Source of the DNA: Naegleria gruberi
Lineage: Eukaryota
NCBI GenBank assembly: GCA_000004985.1
Contig: GG738846.1
DNA: 64,000 nucleotides
Reading direction: 5' to 3' (one strand)
Part shown: piece by piece, positions 52,494 to 62,788 of the stretch
Layout of the letters: each line of letters starts with the position of its first letter
Position numbering within the stretch: the first letter of the stretch is position 1
The notes under the pieces: generated by a model
Database searches by the model: none
Seen by the model: only the letters and a program-made list of their open reading frames with translations
What the model was told of the DNA's origin: nothing
Made by a program: the position numbers and the translations under genes

Positions 52494-54627
52494 TTATTCT
52501 AATAATCTCAAACACATTTTCTTTAGTAATCTTGCTTCTTGTGTTACTGTTCGGTCATCTACAGACTTGCCATCAATATCAAGAATGGAAGTATTTACAT
52601 TGGTTGCATCACTGGCACCATCTGCATCTGGACTCAGGGCTGTCTTGATTTCCTTACCATATGTTGCAGCAGCATCTAAAAAGTTCAATATATCAATATA
52701 CGTCTGATCCTTAATGACAATCATGTGTTTGGCAATCGTTTCAAATAATGAGAGGAAGCATCTCTTTGCATAGAACCATGTATCTGTCATAATCTTCTTA
52801 TTGTATGGGATTAAACTCTTCATTACTCTTGAAATACCAAACTCATAGTGACCCTTGGAACAGTAAAGTGTACCAATTACAAGATTAACAATACACAAAT
52901 GAAGAGATTGTTTTTGAGGATTTTGTCTGTGCAATCTTTGCTCTTCATTTTCAATGTTTTTCATCCATTCTTCTGCTTCTTCGTTCATACTCTTCATAAT
53001 ATACGAAACACACAAATTGGCCAAAACCATTGCGTGAACATCTAACAAATTATCCTTTTGTTTGGTTACAATTGGGAGATAGAATTTGATAGCTTCCTTA
53101 AATTTGTTCTCTTGCATAAAGTAAGTGTTGGCCATATTGAGTTTCCAAACGTCGTGGTCAGAACAAAATTCTGCACTTTGGAGGAGAATCTTTTCAACCT
53201 TTGGGTAATTTTCAATATCCCAATAAATCTTTGACATTGCCATTAAAACGGGTACGTATCCCTCCAATGCCTCGTCATAGTCACGAAGAGACTTTTTCAT
53301 TTGATCGCCATCCTTCTTAATTCTGGCGTCTTGTATAATTTTAGTGAGTTTTCTAAGGTTGTCGATATGTTTTGTTGCAAGAATATCCAAGCTTCTGAAA
53401 GCCTCTTCTGGACTCGTTTGAGCCATAATAAGTGCCTCCAAAAAGTCATACAAATCTTGACTCAAATAGCTAAACGACAAGTGACTATTTTCTGCTAAAA
53501 TATCAGCTGCCAAAAGGTAATGTTGATGTTTACAATATAAAAGCAACAAATTTCCAAAAGTTTCAGGAGGGAATGGTGGGTGTTGAATAAGATGTTTGAG
53601 TTTTTTAAACCCTGAATTAGGATCAGATTCCATTTGCAACAATCCTTGGTTGTGTAATGTTACTGGATCCAATTCTTCTTCTGATCTTGGTGGCATCTCT
53701 CTGAGGGCCTCATTACCTTCAACGTAATTCTTCAATTGATATTCAATGGAGAATTTCAAGTTGAAAGATTCAATGAGAGCTGTATTTCTCAATGTTTGAC
53801 TGTTTCCAACACTTCTCACCTCAAATCCGTCCGTGTTACTACCAACACTTAACTCTGGATGTTCCTTTGATCCTCTATCAATAATATCCTGATTATATTT
53901 ACCGGCAATATTATATTGTTTCAATCTATAGTAACACAATGCAATGTTATAAGCAATGTGTGGTTGATATTCCAAAATACTAAGCGCATCTTGGAACTTT
54001 TTCCTTGCCTCTTCATATTTTTCTTCCTTATATAAAATACAACCTTGGAGAACCAAAGTATCTGGGTCATCTTGAATACACTTTTCGGCATGTGATTTTG
54101 TTGTTGCCAAATCTTCCAATTCGTAATGACAAGCCGAGAGTAATTTTTGAACCTTTTAAATTATCTCAATTTTACAAGCTCAAAACAAATCCACTTACTT
54201 TTTGCATTAATTCTTCCGATTCAATCGGAGCACAGGCCTTGATTGCTTCAGGATACATTCCTGCCTTAAAAAGAGATTGAGCCTGATAAAATTTGTATTG
54301 ATCGACAGAAGGATATAGCTTGACTAATTTTTCATAGGTTTGTGCAGATTCAACAAAATTCTGAAGCAAATAGTCGCAATAAGCAAGTAATGAAAGAGCA
54401 GCTCTGCTCTCTGTAAAGAATTCTAATTGATTTTGAAGAATTTGTTTAGCATCCTCATACTTTTTTTCCGTAATAAGGGTGTAGATCACTTTTGTATATT
54501 CACCTTCCTGAACCCGAACACTTGGTCTGCCTCCATTAACAGATGTTCCAGGTCTATTATTCCCCCAAAAACCGGTTGGAAGAGCAGTCATAAGTCTTCC
54601 ACCGGCAGCTGTTGATATTCTATTCAT
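52494..54627 (-). CDS. IFT70: Intraflagellar transport protein 70 (IFT70/TTC30/DYF-1), about 695 aa. Exons 54627..54199 and 54152..52494, intron 54198..54153 (46 nt).
   Basis: Collinear with human TTC30A along the whole length: SRAALSLLAYCDYLLQNFVESAQTYEKLVKLYPSVDQYKFYQAQSLFKAGMYPEA; MPPRSEEELDPVTLHNQGLLQM; FPPETFGNLLLLYCKHQ; HLCIVNLVIGTLYCSKGHYEFGISRVMKSLIPYNKK. The GTAAGT...TTTAAAAG intron joins the two track ORFs in phase 0. Confidence 0.88.
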
Positions 54628-54686
54628 TTTTTACGATATTGTTTTTTCGTTGTTATTTTCCGCCATGTAGAATTTTGTAGTTGTTA

Positions 54687-54699
54687 TTGGCGCCAACCA
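54687..54699. promoter_or_regulatory. E2F-like element ATTGGCGCCAACC, 60 bp upstream of the IFT70 ATG. A second, weaker TTTTCCGCCATG is at 54657..54668.
   Basis: GGCGCC core, same CCAACC flank as the 47418 site. Confidence 0.45.
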
Positions 54700-54769
54700 C
54701 CTACAACCGTCAAATAAAGTTTATGCTGTTTACATTTTAAAAACTCAAATTTATTTACAAAGTTAAAAA

Positions 54770-56528
54770 TTATTGAGAAATAGAACCCTTTTCAAATTGA
54801 TAGAGTGATTCTCTTTCGTGTGGCAAGAGGGTTGGGACAGTGGAGAAGTAATAATTGAATGGATAGTACAAGAGCAAAACAACGTCACTACAATATAAAT
54901 CGGCAAATCTTTGAATTTGAGTACTAAAGTATGATTCTCTTGTACCTGATCTGAATGTGCTTCCAAAGTATGAATTAAAGTGGGCATTGAGTTCTTCTTG
55001 GGCATTGGCAATTTGTTGCTTGATTGGGAATTCTTCAACATCTTTGTGACCATTGATAGGATAGGATGAATCAAGATTCTTAAAGCTTTCAGCTCTGATA
55101 TATTCCAATGTATGAACAGTGTTCCACATTTCACTTGATCTCTTTGTCATCCAATTTTTAGTTTCTTCTTCAACTTCTCTGACAATGAGGAGGGTTCTCC
55201 ATAGACATCTATTTTGTTTGGTAACAATGATATCGTGGAAAATATTGTCTCCCACGTATAAAACCTCAGAACCTTTAGTCTTGGTGAATTTCTTGAATAA
55301 ACCAAAAGAACCTCCACAATAAACGCTTCCTTTTTTGAACCCCTTAACTGCTGACAATTTCAAACTTCCAGTCGATTGATCCACTTCTCTCAAAGTTGAA
55401 CCTTCCTTAAAGAATTTTGGTTTTTGACCATTAGTAATAATGATATCAAAGAAATCAGTCCATCTTTCATAACCTTCAATAGATTTATCCAACAAGAAGG
55501 CCATAACTGCATTAGTATAAAAATATTCTGAATTGGTTAAGAGGAAAATCTTCTTTCCAGCCTTTCTCATTCTATCAAACAAGAGTGGAAGCCTATCATC
55601 CTTCTTGATATATTTAGCTAAATCAGACATGACTTCATTCTTTAAGCTATTATCACTATGAACACCATGGAAACATTCTCTGATATCATCAAAGAGAGAC
55701 CAATAAGAAAGTCTAGCTTCTTCACTACTGGTTTGTTCAGTACTATCAGAATCATTGCTGGTAGGACTTCCAGTTTCACTCTTAGCAAGGAAATTGGTTT
55801 GTTCAAAGTAATCAACAAGAGATGCATAGAGAGAGGCTTCTGGAATTCCGAAAAGGGTATCATAACAGAAATATCTCTTACCCATTTCTTCTTCATTGTG
55901 AATCAAGTGATCTGGATAGAATCGTTCATATTCGGATTTTTTAACAATCTTTTTACCATGAACACATTGCAAGATGAATCCATAGTGGTCAACCTTTAAA
56001 ATGTTGCCATATCTTTTATCTAGGAATGTACCTCTGACTGCAAATGATGGATCATAGGTAATATTGAGAACTTCGGATGGGTAACCTTTAGAATCAACAA
56101 GTCTTTGAAGGATCATTTTAGTACACATTGATTCAAAGACTGGAGAAATGTAATTCTATTATTGTTATTATTATTATTATATTAATATTGTAGATCAATT
56201 TTTGTTGATTAATTTGTTGTTATTTTGGTGGTGATGAATTTAGTGTGAAATTTATGAAAATGCATTCCCATTTAAATACTTACAGCACTTTAAAATGTTT
56301 AAATTGTTGTGTGAGATAAAATAATAATACTTACATTGTATAATCCATATCAAAGCCATAATATTCAATATTATCCAAATTAACAGTACGATTTACAAAA
56401 ATACGATGTTCAACTGGTCTTCTGTACTTTTCTGGGAGTTCATAATCTATGGAGGAATCTAACTTCTTCAACTCGGAACTAGAGACTGGAAAAGAGATTG
56501 GCAATGGTGTTTTTGGTGTCTTTGGCAT
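54770..56528 (-). CDS. NT5C2: Cytosolic purine 5'-nucleotidase II (NT5C2-type HAD hydrolase), about 527 aa. Exons 56528..56335, micro-exon 56287..56284 (4 nt), 56155..54770. Introns 56334..56288 (47 nt) and 56283..56156 (128 nt).
   Basis: Exon 1 gives [32 protein letters not shown] (human: KYRREAYHRVFVNRSL...CFGFDMDYTLA). Direct splicing of the flanking exons is impossible in any phase. A 4-nt exon TGCT bounded by AAAG| and |GTAAGT yields [16 protein letters not shown]...QRLV (human DMDYTLAVYKSPEYES...ERLV). Later motifs [12 protein letters not shown] and [31 protein letters not shown] follow. Confidence 0.75.
56284..56287 (-). other. 4-nt micro-exon (TGCT on the coding strand) of the 5'-nucleotidase gene.
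   Basis: It is flanked by a 47-nt GTAAGT...TTTTAAAG intron upstream and a 128-nt GTAAGT intron downstream. The downstream intron is AG-free until its terminal AATAG. The micro-exon is required to keep the frame and restores the conserved I-A dipeptide. Confidence 0.6.
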
Positions 56529-56729
56529 GTTGTTAAAGAGAGAAAGTTGTTGAGTTATTTTTTTTTGATTGGAAAAACGATATTGGTAACCACAGTAATA
56601 ATAAGGCAAGGTTGTTGATGAGATGCTATAAATAAACTGTTAAAAAATTGTAATGATCATGTACATCTAAGATGTTGAACAAAAAAATTTCAAGATATTT
56701 GCTGGCGGAATGAAGCTTTTATTCTCAAC

Positions 56730-59450
56730 TCAATTAACAGTATTACCCTCCTTTTGTTGTTTGTCAATGAATAATAATTCACAAACACTCATCAATTTTA
56801 AGAAATCAATTAATTGTTTTTGTGAAAAACACTTGTACAAACCACGTGTATCATCAGCAATAATGTCGGCCAATTGCATACAAGCATCATATTCCTCTGC
56901 AAATGAAAGTAATTGGTAGAGGCAAAAAACAATATCTGGAATGCATTTTTGTTTGAGTTTGGCAAATTCTTGTTTCGTAGAATCATCCACATTTTCAATA
57001 GTGAGCCAAGGTGATTGAACAATAGCCAGGTGGTTATCCTTAGCTTGTTTGAGGAAAATCTCATTTTCTTGTGTCCATTTCTTGAGAATGGTATTGTTAA
57101 ATTGGCTCAAATCGCTTTGATACTTAATCTTATCAGCTTGAGTACGGAAAGGACCTTCTTGAGTGGTAAATGTAGGTCTTTCTTTGATATGGGTATTCCA
57201 TGACACATAGGTAGTTATTGCCTTCTCATAGAGTGTCCAAAACATGTATTCTTTAAATATTGTTTCTTGTCTACTGTCAAGACCAACATCATCCAATTTC
57301 GAATCAAGTTGCTCGTGGAGCTTTTTCATTAATAATTCAAATGCTCCTAGTTTACCTTGGTCAATAAATTCTCTTATCAATAAATTTGTTTGGAGCAGAC
57401 AATTGAATGGGTTAATATCTTCAATACAGAGCCAATCGATTGAGTTTATCTTCTTAATGTCCAATTCGGTGGTTTGTCTTTCTCTTAGATTCTTGAGTGG
57501 ATTATTTTTTGGATCTAAAAAGAAGGCAGCATCAAACATGTTGGTAACTTCATCTTGGGAAGCTTTTTGTTCAAGAGTTTTTTGAGCAACTATGGTGGCA
57601 ATTTCTTGAATGTTTAAGCCTTGCTCCTTTGCTTTAGCGATGAGCATGGATCGGAGATTCTTTGAATTCTCCTTCTCACTTTTTTCTATTGCAATAATCG
57701 ATTTTGCATATACATCCGATCTATAGTCATAGGTAACATTTGTATCGTTTCTATTATGTATAAATTTGGTGTAGAAGGCAATAGATTCGAATTGCTTAGA
57801 GGCAATCAAGTAGTGGATATATTTGACAATGATAGCGTCCTTACACTCATCTTTTTCGAATGAGCCATTAAGACTTATCCAAGTTAAAATAAAGTGAGCG
57901 CTAAATCTTGACAGGTTGGCTAAATATGACATGGTGTACTCTGCTGGATTGTTCACAGAGTCTAATAAATATTGAACTAGATTTGGAATTTGGCTGCAAA
58001 TAATGTATGACTGAATAACGTGATGGTACTGCACAGCATCAATTTTGATCTTCTCATTTGAAGAAGTATTAACAGATTGGACAATCTCCAGTAATGACCT
58101 GCTATTACTCTTGAGTGAATCGAGAACAGAGCCAACATATAACTTGTCTTCAGAATCATTTGGTACGTATTTGGCGAGCTCTTGATTAATTAGATAGAGC
58201 ATTGTTGATTTGCAATAAGCCCATAGATAGTCTTCCCATGAAATACAACATGGTAGGATTGAATTCAAGTCTCCTGCAATACTGCCATAAATAGCCCTTT
58301 CGTATTGATGAATTTCATCGTCATTTACAGTATCTGATTTCAAAATTGATAGAATGGTATTAAGGTAAACAAATCTGTTTTGATTGCCAACAGTTTCCTC
58401 ATTTTCACAGGCACCTGGCATTAATCTAGGGTTATGGTAGAGCTCAGACCCAGATAAGGTTGATGCTCTCCAAAATTGGTTGTGCATACGACAGAATTTT
58501 TGGGCTTCTTCAATCTGTCCAGATCTGACTAGTGCCCAAGTCTTTTTAATGATTATTCTTTCCTGTCTCAAATCATTCTCATCCAAGTTATTATTCTTAT
58601 AGATAGAATCAGGATCAACATATTCTCCACCTCTGGATGTAAAGAGCCATGCTCCTTCATTTTCCACATCAACTTTTTCCTTGGCATTTTCTTCCAACCA
58701 ATTGACGATAATCTTTAGAAAGGTAAACGAAAATGTGCTTAAAGAAAAAACATACTTGTAATTTACGGAACTCGCTACCAGTTTTCATCATTTGGTTGAC
58801 AACCTCTTTGTGACTGACTCGCCACACGAATTTCTTTAATTCTTGTTGATTAAGATGGTCACTAATATTATCAAGTGATTTCTTTTCATCCTCAAATAAT
58901 AAATACAACAATTCCCAAGTAAATTTTTCCAATTTGAGTGTTGTGTACTCTTTTCCGACTTTTAAATGTTGTTCATCAGGAAGAAAATACGTCTTTTGAT
59001 AAATTTCTTGTAATTCTTGAACTCTGTCATTCCATTAGTACCATAATCTCTATTAACTTACTTTCTTTCACAAATCTTTTCAAATCTTTTTGCTAACACA
59101 ACATGAGAATCGGAAAATGATTGATCCAAAACTTCCATAAACTTGGAATCTAATAGAGTATTACTATTTTTAATTTCTTCCATTCTATAATTTCTCTCGT
59201 AAATATCAATAACATTATCTAAATTATCTTCATGTTGTTGTTTTAAATTCTCTTCGTCATCATCAGAAACTAATCGTAATGGTTGTGTATCGTCATCAGA
59301 AATCATTTGATCATCATTAGGAGATACATCCATCATTAAATTGTTATTTCCAGAAATCATTTGATAATCATCATCAAGATGTTGTTTTCTTGTATTGTTG
59401 TTTCCGCCACCAAAATTGAAGGACATGGGATAAAACTTGTTTCCTTCCAT
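56730..59450 (-). CDS. NUP107: Nucleoporin Nup107 (yeast Nup84), about 879 aa. Exons 59450..59062, 59023..58756, 58712..56730. Introns 59061..59024 (38 nt) and 58755..58713 (43 nt).
   Basis: KTWALVRSGQIEEAQKFCRMHNQFWRASTLSGSELYHNP and HQYERAIYGSIAGDLNSILPCCISWEDYLWAYCK are collinear with the human NUP107 core (RAIWAMLCAGRLDEARQLC...[41 protein letters not shown]). Only one acceptor in the first intron is compatible with a phase-2 GTAAGT donor. The second intron is GTATGT...CTAAAG, phase 0. Confidence 0.8.
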
Positions 59451-59660
59451 TTTTTTAAATTTTTTCCTTCACTTTTTTCGTATCATGGAAGCCATTCATT
59501 GCTGGTATTCTAGAATGTTTGTTAGTTTTATTAGAAAAATAGCTTAACATTAGTTTTACTTTAAGAAAATTTAAGTTATTCACACAATTTTCTTCACTAA
59601 TCACCCACACCATGATGATTAATATCATTCATCACTTTCAGAAAATATTTGAACAAAAAA

Positions 59661-61619
59661 ATGAAGAAACGCATCAGCAACGTTCTCTCACAGAAGACTT
59701 CTACCACAACAACAACAGTGAAGAAGGACTCCTCGGCGGAAGTGGTAGCAACTGGAAGTAAACCAACTACAAAGAAATCAACAACACCTTCCAAGAGTGT
59801 TGTTACAAAGAATACAAGTTCTGAAAAACCATCTGTTGTGGAAGAAAAAAGAACAATCATGCCAACAATGAATGAATTTGATATGGATGAACAATATTTT
59901 GATGATGCTGAACAACCATCAACAAGTCAACTTGCTCCATCATTGGATTTTTCTGATAGTGATGATGATTTGAGTGATTCCGATAATGATGAACAAATTG
60001 TGAAAGGATCCAATGGTGCTGCTTCCAAAAAGAGTGGAACTAAAAAAGCTACTACAGAAAATTCACCATCTTTTACTGATTTGGGTATTTCATCATGGTT
60101 AGAAGAACACTTAAGCAAACTTCAAATTAACATGCCAACAGTAATTCAAGAAAAGTGCATTCCACCAACACTTGCAGGAAAGAATGTTATTGGTATGTCT
60201 CAAACTGGTAGTGGTAAAACAGCTGCATTTGCACTTCCAATTATTCAAAATTTAGCAAAGGATATGTATGGAATTTATGCTCTTATCATTACACCTGCAA
60301 GAGAATTGGCCATTCAAATTAAGCAACATTTTGAAATTTTAGCAGGTGATTTACCAATTAGAGTTGCATTACTTGTAGGTGGTATGGATTATCTTAAACA
60401 AGCCCACTTATTAGATAGCTCTCCACATATTGTAGTTGGTACACCTGGTAGAATTGAAGATGCCATTAGAACGTTTAATAATGATGGATATTTCAAAAAG
60501 ATTAAATATTTGGTATTCGACGAAGCAGATAGAATATTTTCAATGGATTATTCATTAGATTTAGATAGAATTTTGAGTGTTTCAAATCCAAAAAGACAAA
60601 CATTATTATATTCTGCTACAATGAATAATCAGGTTAAAAAACTTGCTAAAATGGCAATGAGTAATAGTGGAAAAACGAAGGAAGAAAGGGAACAGAGTCT
60701 CTATATTTATGATGCTTGTAAATTGTTCCAATTGGCTGATAATTTATCTCAATATTACTTGTTCATGCCTGAACATGTTAAAGATGCCTACTTTGTTCAA
60801 TTAATCAATTCATTACCAGATAATTCGATATCTATTGTATTTTTCTCAGATATTACTCAATGTGAATTAATGAATCAAACTTGCAGATTGTTGGGAATTA
60901 GTTGTGATTCTCTTCATGCATCTAAATCACAAAAAGAAAGATTTGCCGTATTGAAATATTTCAGAAAGAGAAGACTCAAGTTTTTATTCTGTACAGATGT
61001 TGCTAATAGAGGTTTAGATATTCCAGCAGTTGGTTATGTTATTAATTATGATTTACCAGACACCACTGATAAGTATGTTCACAGAGTTGGTAGAACAGCT
61101 AGAGCTGGAAGACTTGGTGTGTGTATTTCACTCATTTCACAATTTGAAGTTAAACGTATTAAAGCCATTGAATCTGATACTGATGTTCAAATGGCTAAAT
61201 ACGAACCTTTTGATGAAGAACAAGCTGAATCTGAAGAACATCTCTTAAGTGTTGCTGAACAGAAATGTAAGGCAAAGATTACACTCTTAGATTCTGGATT
61301 TTATGATAGATTCGAGAAGGTTAAATCCAAACAACAACTCACAGCAGATTTGAGAAAACAAGCTCAAATTTTCTTTGAAAAGAGATCGATGGATCAACTT
61401 AAACAAAATTCTGGAAGGTGGAAGGATAGATTCAATGATATTACATCATCAACAACTGATAATAATAGTGAAAATATTAATACAACCAGAAGTTTTGAAG
61501 CTACTGATACTACTACTAATAATAATAACTCAACAAGAAGCAATGAAAATAGTTTAAAGAGAAAGGAAACACAAGATGTTAATCTATTCGGAGGTATGAA
61601 AAAGAAACGAAAACAATAA
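59661..61619 (+). CDS. DEAD-box ATP-dependent RNA helicase (DDX49/Dbp8-like), 652 aa.
   Basis: Q motif (FTDLGISSWL...PTVIQ), motif I GMSQTGSGKTAAFALP, Ia ITPARELA, II VFDEADR (DEAD box), III SAT, VI HRVGRTARAG. N- and C-terminal extensions are low complexity. ATG 59661 has the A-run context. Confidence 0.85.
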   Translation: MKKRISNVLSQKTSTTTTTVKKDSSAEVVATGSKPTTKKSTTPSKSVVTKNTSSEKPSVVEEKRTIMPTMNEFDMDEQYFDDAEQPSTSQLAPSLDFSDSDDDLSDSDNDEQIVKGSNGAASKKSGTKKATTENSPSFTDLGISSWLEEHLSKLQINMPTVIQEKCIPPTLAGKNVIGMSQTGSGKTAAFALPIIQNLAKDMYGIYALIITPARELAIQIKQHFEILAGDLPIRVALLVGGMDYLKQAHLLDSSPHIVVGTPGRIEDAIRTFNNDGYFKKIKYLVFDEADRIFSMDYSLDLDRILSVSNPKRQTLLYSATMNNQVKKLAKMAMSNSGKTKEEREQSLYIYDACKLFQLADNLSQYYLFMPEHVKDAYFVQLINSLPDNSISIVFFSDITQCELMNQTCRLLGISCDSLHASKSQKERFAVLKYFRKRRLKFLFCTDVANRGLDIPAVGYVINYDLPDTTDKYVHRVGRTARAGRLGVCISLISQFEVKRIKAIESDTDVQMAKYEPFDEEQAESEEHLLSVAEQKCKAKITLLDSGFYDRFEKVKSKQQLTADLRKQAQIFFEKRSMDQLKQNSGRWKDRFNDITSSTTDNNSENINTTRSFEATDTTTNNNNSTRSNENSLKRKETQDVNLFGGMKKKRKQ

Positions 61620-61672
61620 AGTTTATTGTTATCTTCCAACTGCCAGATGTCATCAGGCAAGGATAAAAAAAA

Positions 61673-62704
61673 ATGCAAAAACGAGTAATTTCTGTTGTTG
61701 TGGTTTCAATTTTAATAATAGGAGCAATTTTTCTCTATTATTCTAATCTTTCTCGGAATCATAAACAAGCCAATAATAACGTTGTCATTTCAACTAAGGT
61801 CAGAGAACAAACATCTTCACAACAAGAACCAAAAGTCATTGAAAAGATTATTGAAAAGACAATAGAAATACCAGTAGAAAAGATAGTTGAAAAGATAATA
61901 GAAAAACCGTGTGCAACAAGTCAATCCAACGATAATAACTTGTCCAAATTTTCAGAATTTTTAAAAAATGATCAATTAAAAGCAATTGAATTGACTAAAC
62001 AAATTGCTAGTGGAAATGTTAAAAATCCAGCAGTTCATTTAGTAACTCAATTATTTGGAAATATGGAAAATGATCATTATGTGGATATGTTGGCAGCAAT
62101 TCAATTAAATCTTTTCAATCCATTTGTTGAAAAAGTTCACCTCCTTCAAGAGAATGATGCAAACGATCAAGATTTAAAGAAATTAATTGGACAAGAAAAA
62201 CTTGTCATTCACATGCTAGGTCATCGTATTACAGTTGGTGATTTTATGAGATATTGTAATGAAAAATTACCACAAAAAATTGTAGGACTCATTAATACTG
62301 ATGTTTATTTTGATAATACCCTGGTTGAGTTACATAGAATGCCACATCAAACTGCATATGTTATTTCAAGAAAGGAAACTCTAGTTGGTAATAAGCCAGA
62401 TCCAATTAATAATAGAGATCAATGTGGTGGTTATCAAGGTTCACATGATGCTTTCATTTTCAGGAATAAGGATAAATTTGGAGATTCAATCATTGACAAG
62501 TTGAATAATATTAATTTGGGATATATGGGTACTGAAAATGTTATTTTATATTATTTGAAACGTGATTCTAATAGATTTAGAATTTCAAATCCATGTTATG
62601 CTGTTAATTTATTCCACTTGCATAGAAATAGATCAGAGAAGGAGGTTAAAAGAATTAATGGTGGAGGTATTTCTGATACACAGGACCCATCAGGAAATTT
62701 TTAA
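61673..62704 (+). CDS. Type II membrane (signal-anchor) protein, 343 aa, possibly a Golgi glycosyltransferase-like enzyme.
   Basis: Single N-terminal TM helix VISVVVVSILIIGAIFLYY, then a repeated EKIIEK stalk and a globular domain with a D-x-D-like DVYFDN. No family assignment is possible by eye. Confidence 0.35.
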   Translation: MQKRVISVVVVSILIIGAIFLYYSNLSRNHKQANNNVVISTKVREQTSSQQEPKVIEKIIEKTIEIPVEKIVEKIIEKPCATSQSNDNNLSKFSEFLKNDQLKAIELTKQIASGNVKNPAVHLVTQLFGNMENDHYVDMLAAIQLNLFNPFVEKVHLLQENDANDQDLKKLIGQEKLVIHMLGHRITVGDFMRYCNEKLPQKIVGLINTDVYFDNTLVELHRMPHQTAYVISRKETLVGNKPDPINNRDQCGGYQGSHDAFIFRNKDKFGDSIIDKLNNINLGYMGTENVILYYLKRDSNRFRISNPCYAVNLFHLHRNRSEKEVKRINGGGISDTQDPSGNF

Positions 62705-62788
62705 ATTGACAATGTTCAATTAATTATTAAATAGCTTTTAAATGTGTTTATTTGTAATTTTCTCAATTGAGTTTCTTTGAAATAATTG

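Noticed and set aside
56101-56340. A single 180-nt intron joining the two cN-II ORFs, or treating the upstream ORF as a separate small gene.
   Set aside because: No AG in the interval is phase-compatible with the phase-2 GTAAGT donor. The upstream ORF encodes the conserved cN-II N-terminus up to DMDYT and cannot be a separate gene. The two-intron micro-exon solution restores the frame and the conserved motif.
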